A stretch of DNA of 63,053 nucleotides, filler included, from Choristocarpus tenellus KU-1152 (taxonomy: Eukaryota > Protista > Phaeophyceae): the NCBI GenBank assembly GCA_964200185.2. It is 11 parts of 11 records of this genome, joined end to end, with 100 filler letters (N's around TTAATTAATTAA, not from the genome) between each part and the next. Parts side by side here need not be neighbours in the genome. Positions count along the whole stretch, not along the records: positions 49,983 to 55,492 come from CAXNAD020010566.1; positions 55,593 to 59,247 come from CAXNAD020018696.1; positions 59,348 to 63,053 come from CAXNAD020018401.1; 8 more parts are not named here. The stretch is one strand, 5' to 3'. Under the pieces are notes generated by a model, which was not told the DNA's origin, did not search any database, and worked only from the letters and a program-made list of their open reading frames with translations. Positions 55,391-63,053 of this stretch are shown here, piece after piece (within the stretch, counting starts at the first letter, position 1; the number at the start of each line of letters is the position of its first letter). Both the position numbers and the translations under genes were made by a program.

Positions 55391-55492
55391 GAGCAAAAGT
55401 ATCTTAGAGGGTAGAGCCGCGTCCATTTAGGGACCAAAATCCAACGTTGCGATTTCGATGTAAATTTGGCTATCGTGTTTGTTAGGAAGTGT
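55391..55492 (-). mobile_element. MITE family A, truncated by contig end
   Basis: GAGCAAAAGTATCTTAGAGGGTAGAGCCGCGTCC. Confidence 0.85.
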
Positions 55493-55635
55493 NNNNNNNN
55501 NNNNNNNNNNNNNNNNNNNNNNNNNNNNNNNNNNNNTTAATTAATTAANNNNNNNNNNNNNNNNNNNNNNNNNNNNNNNNNNNNNNNNNNNNGCCCAGTG
55601 TTTCCCTCGCCCACCTTTCACCACAGCACGCCTCT

Positions 55636-55802
55636 GTCTGGGAGGGGGGGGAGTCTACACCAGGGTGTCCATCTGGGCCAAAACCAGGAAAAGTGCACTT
55701 ATATTATCCATTCGATGTATGCGACCAAATCACCCAAAAATCGCAACATGAAAAAACTGACCCCTAATGGACAGCCACCATCCCCCCCAGATACTTTGAG
55801 CC
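55636..55802 (-). mobile_element. MITE family B copy; further B ends at 31-43, 10661-10700, 10878-10897 and 62959-62990
   Basis: Ends CCCCCCAGATACTTTGAGCC; colinear with 42477-42648. Confidence 0.85.
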
Positions 55803-56168
55803 CAAAGTAAAGGCAAAAAAACAAATTGATGCAGAATACTCAAGTCCAACTTATCTCCAAAATGCACAATTTACAACACGACTCGATACCTAGCTCAACT
55901 TCGGCAACTTATACAGCCCCCCAATCCTTCCATGAGGTAAGTGCATATCTCCCACCCTTTCATCCCAGCACCAGCTGGAAGCCCCTTGCCATTCCACAAC
56001 CTCTCCTTTCCTCCTGTCTCCCAAGAAGAAAGAAAATAAACAGTTTTACGCGAACAGAAATGGGATATGCTTTCTTCCTTCTGCTGTTCCTGTGGCCTTT
56101 CCAAAAGCCTCCCTACATCATTGAAATCCTGACCTGATCTTTGCCGGGGACGAGGTTCCCCTACTCAC

Positions 56169-58179
56169 CCTGTTGTGGTTCTTGATGATGTGCTCCTGAG
56201 CAACATTTGAGCATGAATATAGGAGTGCCCCAAAAAGACAAATAGTGTCACCGCGCATGGCCATTGGGTACACATTTCCGTCTGCTGGACGGTCCATGTC
56301 AGAGATAACTGTGAGTACGAGTCCACAGAGGCACAGGCCCACTCCGGTAAGGTGAATCTTGGTATAGCGAGAGCATAAAAAGAGGTATGAAAGTACCATC
56401 ACCCCTGTAAAAGAGGGGTGGGGGAGACAGGCGATTGTCAGTAACAATGTGGGCAGAGGGATTGGACTTTGTGTTGATAGGTTGATTAAGTACACCCTTG
56501 GGGGACTACTTCTAGTACAGAGTAGGCTTTCTATCATCCTGAGATGAGATTGTACGGCAGGGGCGTGGGCTGAGGATTTGTGTTTATGAGCCAAAATGTA
56601 CGTTGTCACACAAAACAAGATCACATGGTGGCTACAAGCCGTTTTTTTCGTTCAGTCTAATGGCACACTCCTGGGTAGTCTTCATGGGGCAACATAGGAC
56701 AATTCAATTCTACACATGTGTATTTGTGGTTAGCATCACTATCCTCGCAGAGGAAACCCAGTTTCAGGGTTTCAGAAACGTGACCCACATCACGTTACGA
56801 GGTTTGAAGAGAAGGGCAACAGGCATAGTTTGCAGTGGATCGGCCCTAGGTAAGGTGTTAATGACTTAAAACCTGCTTTGAAGCAAATTTGTTTCAAATA
56901 GCTGCAAATCTGGTCAGTTACAAAGCTCGGCCTACAACAACCTGAACACAGTAGTGAGCTTTTCACCCTATGAATACATTATATCGCAAAAATTCAAGAA
57001 AATGTAAGATTCGTGTATTTTAAAGTGAGGATATGATACAGTGTGAAGTATGGAAGAGATTAACCGCCCATGGCAGGGCGTTGGGACCTCAGGCTGCAAC
57101 TACTTACGCTACAGAGACTACAATGACAAACCTTCAAACACCAAAACTTCAGCAACCTATTTCCAGATCTCTCAGTTTGAGCTGGGTCTTACACTCCATG
57201 CATCCATCAAACTCTTTCTCACCAGGAATGCTGAACGCGTCCAGAAGCGAGACACTGGTGATGCTCGTGTAGCGAAATGCCAGAACTATCATGGTGTTGG
57301 CCTCCACATCAACCTTACATCGGTCATACCAATCCAATCCGGGTGAATGAACGACGATGGTGAGTGGGAATGAGAATTCTAAAACGGTACAAGTCATCAA
57401 TACAGTACACTACAACCAGGAACGTTCAACCACGATCATGGCTTGGGTGCCTATTGTTTACAATCACCTAGTGAAAGTTGCTTAATCCAACGATGAATAC
57501 CCGTCTCCCTTGATCTAATCATATATGGCAACACATCTTGTCCAACTAAATTGTTGACCTAATAGCTAGGCGTGAACAAGACAGGGCTATCGTTTTGTGC
57601 AGTCCATTCAGTTGCAACTACTCAGCACGCCACCAAGAAAAAAGTACGATGAGGGGGCCATTTGGATATTACTGGAAGGTGCTCGACTTGTTATGGGCTA
57701 TGAACAGGTACTACTTGATGTCAGGCTGCGAAAAACACCAATCGCTACGGTGCATCGGTAGGTTTTTCTCCAATTCACCCACCTGTACACACACTCTGCA
57801 CTTATGCAACCTTACGATCCCATCAATAACCCTTAACGCTCACCAGGGCAAAGAGGGCATATTTCCAGCACGGGAGAGTAACCTTCTGTCCGATTCGGGG
57901 CAAATAGTAGACGCAAGTGAGCAGCAGGTAGTTCAGAGCATTCACTGTGGTAGGCAAACTAACTCCCCGGTCCGAGAGACTAGCGGAACTTATCCCCACC
58001 ACAGAAATCATAAGCGATAGTAGTTGTCCGAGGGCGAGGCACTTCCAGAACGAAGAACGGCGATCGTCTTGCTCTTTATTGTACTTGTTTGACACGAGCC
58101 GTTTTGATCCATATTCTCCGGTGAGATGCTCACATTCGACTAGATTTTCGCAATTGGTGGATCCTTCTCCAAGATGCAT
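56169..58179 (-). CDS. SLC35F: Solute carrier family 35 member F (SLC35F1/F2-like, DUF914), 5' part; exons 58179-57844, 57313-57223, 56404-56169
   Basis: In-phase splicing gives the family signatures LGQLLSLMI...[51 protein letters not shown] and GDTICLFGALLYSCSNVAQE. Confidence 0.92.
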
Positions 58180-58504
58180 AGTGTCTTAGTATTGTACCTT
58201 TTGATGAAGACTTCACGTCACCAACATCGACCGACACCTCCACCTCAGATGTGGGTTTAGGGATAGTGGGTTGATTGAGGTGGTTGGAGAGGAAATACGA
58301 GTTACGGGTCAAATGGGATTTTACTGCCATAACATCCAACTACCTCTATACATAATATTTGCTAAACGCTACTAGTAGTAAACAGGAACCAAAACATACC
58401 GACATCAAAGAAACATTGAGATTGGAAATATCTTTTAAGGAGATGTGGTATATACGAGAAAACACACATCCCATACACATTATATAAAACACATATGTAT
58501 ATAG

Positions 58505-58570
58505 CTTTCATTGGTTTTCCCCTGACACATCTGCAAGCAAAATGTCAGAGGGCATAATAATAGAATATAA
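58505..58570 (+). promoter_or_regulatory. Element P copy upstream of SLC35F
   Basis: tttcattggttttcccctgacacatctgcaagcaaaatgtcagagggcataataata. Confidence 0.5.
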
Positions 58571-59347
58571 AACACATCCTCTATCCTCTTCAAAGAACAC
58601 AATATTTGAAATTCAAAATTGTATCTCAAACAAAGCATTCAAGATCAAAGTAAAGGATGATTGTTTGAAAGACCTCTCTATATATTTACTTACTATATAA
58701 TATCATATGATATCCATACCTATTATGTCTGTTTTGTACATAATAAGCACAAAGTAAAATATTGAAATTCATTAGGATTGAGTGAGTGTACGACCCTTTT
58801 TTGTTCCAAATCCTCCACAAAAATATTTCGTAGACGTTTTTTCATTTTCTAAAAAGAAAGATAAAATATACGATCCTTTTTTAAGTTCTATATCCAGTAG
58901 AATGTTCAAATGTTCATGGTTCATATCACATAATAGTATCTCATTTTTTGGAACAAGTTCACATTTTTTGGGATGTTCACAAGACAAAAGACGACATTGT
59001 TGACAGTAAGGAAGAGATGGTTGAGAGAGCGTGTATAGTGTAAACAGATATCGGGAAAATAAAATGCGCTGGACCAGGAGGAGGGCGATGCTTGGAGGAT
59101 TCAAATCAATCGAGAGTTAGGCAGGGTTACATTTTAAGGATTCTGATAAAAAAGGGAAAAAATATGTGATTTTGTACATTTACACAGCCGATTTCAAAAA
59201 TTGAGGATGGAGCTTTTCATTGAGGATGGGCTTGACCCAAAATTGACNNNNNNNNNNNNNNNNNNNNNNNNNNNNNNNNNNNNNNNNNNNNTTAATTAAT
59301 TAANNNNNNNNNNNNNNNNNNNNNNNNNNNNNNNNNNNNNNNNNNNN

Positions 59348-59490
59348 CCTTAAGACTGACAGGAATGTTGGCTCTCATTCCAGGCCACGAGCAGTCACAG
59401 TGGCCTCATACATAGTGCTTCGCCCGTCCCCAGACCATCTCTATCGGGTTCGTTCGCAGTGTCATGTGAGGGACAGGCGACAACTCGGAG
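59348..59490 (-). mobile_element. Tc1/mariner-IS630 (DDE_3) transposase C-terminal pseudo-fragment
   Basis: HCE-[frameshift]-NPIEMVWGRAKHYV*GHCDCSWPGMRANIP matches the HCELNPIE..W...K motif around the catalytic Glu. Confidence 0.75.
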
Positions 59491-59605
59491 CTCATTGAGC
59501 GTCACAGCGTTCTGTGAGTGGCTGAAATAGTATTAAACCGAGGTTAGCCCACGTATCGTTTTGGTGGGTACCAATCTTGATTTTTTTTAAAGGTTGTCTA
59601 ACAAG

Positions 59606-59690
59606 TTAATTGACAATCAGCATATTTTTATTATTATGCTCTCTGACATTTTGCAGATGTGTGAGGGGGGAAACCAATGAAAACTATATA
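59606..59690 (-). promoter_or_regulatory. Element P reverse copy
   Basis: ttattatgctctctgacattttgcagatgtgtgaggggggaaaccaatgaaaa. Confidence 0.5.
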
Positions 59691-60588
59691 TATGTCATTG
59701 TTAGCCCTAAAGAAATAAAATATCCTAAACATAAGAATACTATAAAACATTTTGTGGAAACCACTAATCAGTTACTTCACCACTATCATCAAATTAAACG
59801 TTTGGATCCAGGCTATCGATTTACGTAAAGGAATTCTTTCAGAAAAATATTTTTGGTCGTGATAATTCATTCCGAAACAATTTAAAGTTGTGCCGAAACT
59901 ATTCGGTTAAACTTTAACCTTGCCAAAATAATTTTGGAAAAGAACTCCTTTGAATAAATCGATAGCTTAGACCAAGAACTTTCATTCGATATGCTGATCG
60001 TCATTTAACTCATTGAGCAGCATTTTCAAAAAAGTCAAGACCATTCTGATCCTAGAGGTGACTGCCAACATTATAGTATATTTTTATTATTATCCCCTCT
60101 CTCATTTTTTTCCAGATAATCATTTGTACCATATGACACATACCATTATACCGTTTGAGGTTTCTTATGACGAAATGATTCTAGTGAAGGATCTTCCATG
60201 GTGTGAATCCATGGAATCTGTTCAAGAGACCAGTTACACAGATATGGAATTGGTTTTCATTCAGAGTTGTCAAATATCACGGATTCACTTTGCTCTCACA
60301 TCTTGACGTTTCGAATATCCTCTCTCACAAGATCCTCAGTCGGTCAATCTCCACAGTTTTGTGGAAGGAGTCTCGCACATGTCCAACCTTAACCTCGCGT
60401 CCTCTCGGTTATGTTGTCTTACTCCATCATCTGGTCCGTCTTGCCCAGTGATTCTCTTCACCACCCTTGCCTGAGTGAACTACACTGCCACAGAATCACA
60501 TTGTTCTTATTGACGAGACCGGTGAGATCAGAGATAGGGCGATGGGTGAATTTTTGTTGAAATCGGCTGTTTGAACCACTGTCCAAAT

Positions 60589-61056
60589 ATGCCGAACGTA
60601 GAACAAGAAGAAAAGCATGGTGAACAAGAGCGCCTGTCTGAACACTTCGAAGCATCAAGAAAAGTCGAAGAACAGGTTCATGAAAACGAACCAGTGAAGG
60701 GCATGGAATCCCCAACAAACCGCTGTTCTGATTCCTCCAGTCACTCGTCCACACCGTATAACGACGCTAGAAATGCCAAGCGTAGGCGATTTTCCCTCCA
60801 TCTTCCCCGACAGATCGTCGTGGTCATACAGGAAACGTGTCGTTGACCCTCGATCATCATGTCAACTCGGGCGACTGTGACACTCGCTGTCTTCTTTTCC
60901 ACGACAATCCTGTTTCTACCCCAAGTTCCACTGCTTGTGAGGTGGCCACTTCGTAAGCTCAGTTTGGCGATGCTATCCCCACGGTTCAAGCTTACCACAT
61001 CAATGAATGGGCGAGAGCAGACGCCTTGCTGCTGGAATGGCTTCAAGATCTCTTGA
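60589..61056 (+). other. Possible first exon or pseudogene of an unknown gene in a CpG-retaining zone
   Basis: Acidic ORF from ATG 60589 with an NLS-like AKRRR; the frame breaks near 60846. Confidence 0.25.
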
Positions 61057-63053
61057 AACTTCAGATCTGGGGAAATTGCATCGATCACGTAAGACCTGTT
61101 GGGCAGAGGAGTGATGTCTTGCACCCACAACCAACATCAGAAGGGAGTCGTTTAAGACGTTAAATATGAGAGATCCCAACATTCAGGCGATTACAAATGT
61201 AACAGGGGATTCGCAAAATTGAGGATGGCGAGGGACTATGAGGATGGTTGATTGTATCATAGCCAGCCAAGGTTGATACCACAATAACAGCTGTCCTACG
61301 CCTAGAGTTAGTTCAAGAGTGTCCCCATAAATTGTCTTCATGATAAAATTCCATTAAATCCAATTGTCCATGGGCAACACCTCTTGTTGTTGACCTCATA
61401 CATATGATATTTGACAAAAGGTAGTTACTCTTCAGTGATATGCATTGCTAAGATCATCACTGGTTCAATGAAGTCGACTCCATCACGCTTTCAACCATAC
61501 AGTGCTCTCAAAACACCTTGATCAGGCCTGACAATAAGCTGTAAGCGGACAAGTCTAGTGAAGGGGTCTACTCCACCTCACCGAATGCAATGGAGGGAGA
61601 GGCAAAATAACCTAGAACTCCCCTGCTCAGTAAAACATTCAAATATAGAAACCCAACCCCCTTAATGACATAAACACCAGGTGAGTGGACACTTCATTTC
61701 TACAAAGGTGAAATATTCAATATCCAACAACCAGCAAACATATGTTGTAGTTGGTGCCGAAGGACAAACTCTAAGCACACACATCTCCAAACTACAGTGC
61801 TACAGATGGTCAGATATCTGTCGGCTACTACATGAGACGCTCTAGAGCTCTAACGAAAAAACAGGGATCTCTTTGTATTTTCTCTCCCATCATCAAACTA
61901 TGTAGCCTTCACGAGTTTTGGTTCCAGGAGGAAGAGCTGAAAGCACTCAAAAGAGTTTCATGCATTTGGGAACCACAACTGCTGTGCTCTGAGGCCAGCC
62001 TCACCGAAACAAACCCGAACAATGCTAGTCTGCACCAAAAACATATTATCGGCACAAACCATCAAGCCTAGAAAAAGGAGGTATACCTACTACTTTCTTG
62101 CTGGGGAATCCTTGTCAAGCAGAATCAATAACGCCTCATCGCTCTTCTGCAAAGGTTTAATGCAGATCATTACATTCCTGTGAGCTCCAAATCGACACAA
62201 CTTTACCAAATGTTTGCAGTTCAGAATCAGAAATGTATTGAAGGGGATTCCCCTTCCTCAGTACACAAAAGACCATCCCCGAGGCCTTTTCCTGAGAAGC
62301 AAGATGATGTAGAAATGCCTGTCTCCTTGCCCTGCAAGTAGCACCTCAACGCTACACTACCTCTCAGCCTAGAAACACTGCAGCAGTTCCCTATCGATTC
62401 CTTGACCACATGAGAGGCTTAACATGGGCGCGGTTTTCCCCTTTTCCTCAAAGCTCAGCTGGAAAGCCCACAGGGAAGCTGTCCAGTACACCCGGATTGA
62501 TCTGGATGAACCCCGCCAAGGCCGCTGAACAGGTTAAGAAGAACAAAGAGAGCGGAATAGTGAGTCAAAAGGGTTAAGGACTGTTCCTCTCGGCATAACA
62601 TGCACTGCACCTCTTGCATATTTTGCATCTCCACACGCACCTAGAGTTGAATCAATCAAAAACGTGGTTGCACAGATTAGACTGTTTCAGCACAATACAA
62701 CTGTGCTCCTATTGTCATCTCCCACCACTCACCCTCTTCAAGTCACACAAAAATGAGAGATCAATCAGTTTACGTAAAAAACAGCAGATTACAACATGTG
62801 TGTCTATTATAGAATAAAATAAACTCCCACACAAACAGCAGAGCTCTATATATGAAAGTACATGCTTTCCCCCCCCCCAGCCCAGCCCGGCTCACCCCGC
62901 TCCGCCCCGCCCCACCCCACCCCATCCCACCCCATCCCACTTGCCCATATAAAAACAAGGCCCAAAGTATCTGGGGGGGGGGGGGGGGGGAGTTTTTCCT
63001 TTGGGGGCTTTTTTTTTGTCCTGGTTTTTTTGGGTTTTTTTGTTGATTAGGTG

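Larger units (their letters stand above)
10778..59347. other. Ten artificial contig-joining linkers at 10778-10877, 13542-13641, 17443-17542, 20887-20986, 26574-26673, 32389-32488, 46690-46789, 49883-49982, 55493-55592 and 59248-59347; plus a 10-N gap at 48724-48733
   Basis: Identical 100-nt N-flanked TTAATTAATTAA spacer, which puts stops in all six frames, repeated ten times. Confidence 0.98.

Noticed and set aside
1-63053. Functional clustering of MYB, TPR, SLC35F and other genes as one system
   Set aside because: They lie on different, artificially concatenated contigs.

Overview
Eukaryotic, intron-rich and transposon-littered nuclear DNA, not prokaryotic. The window is 11 short contigs joined by ten artificial 100-nt linkers (N44-TTAATTAATTAA-N44), so adjacency across linkers means nothing. 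GT-AG introns, gene content and TTAGGG-like repeats suggest a brown alga or related stramenopile (inference only). Most ORFs in the track are spurious. Supportable genes, read exon by exon: an SLC35F/DUF914 transporter (5' part), a multi-exon TPR protein, a small Gly/Ala-rich membrane protein, a decayed R2R3-MYB and a long terminal exon of unknown function. Mobile DNA dominates: four MITE families with related termini (over 20 copies), several decayed Ty3/Gypsy pol fragments, a non-autonomous LTR element with a tRNA-Gln-type primer site, a REL-type non-LTR fragment and a Tc1/IS630 fragment. The most unusual signal is a dispersed ~55-85 bp hairpin-containing element found on five separate contigs, always in or at the edge of AT-rich tracts and usually near gene starts. 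No CRISPR array, rRNA or convincing tRNA was found. All alignments were done by eye.
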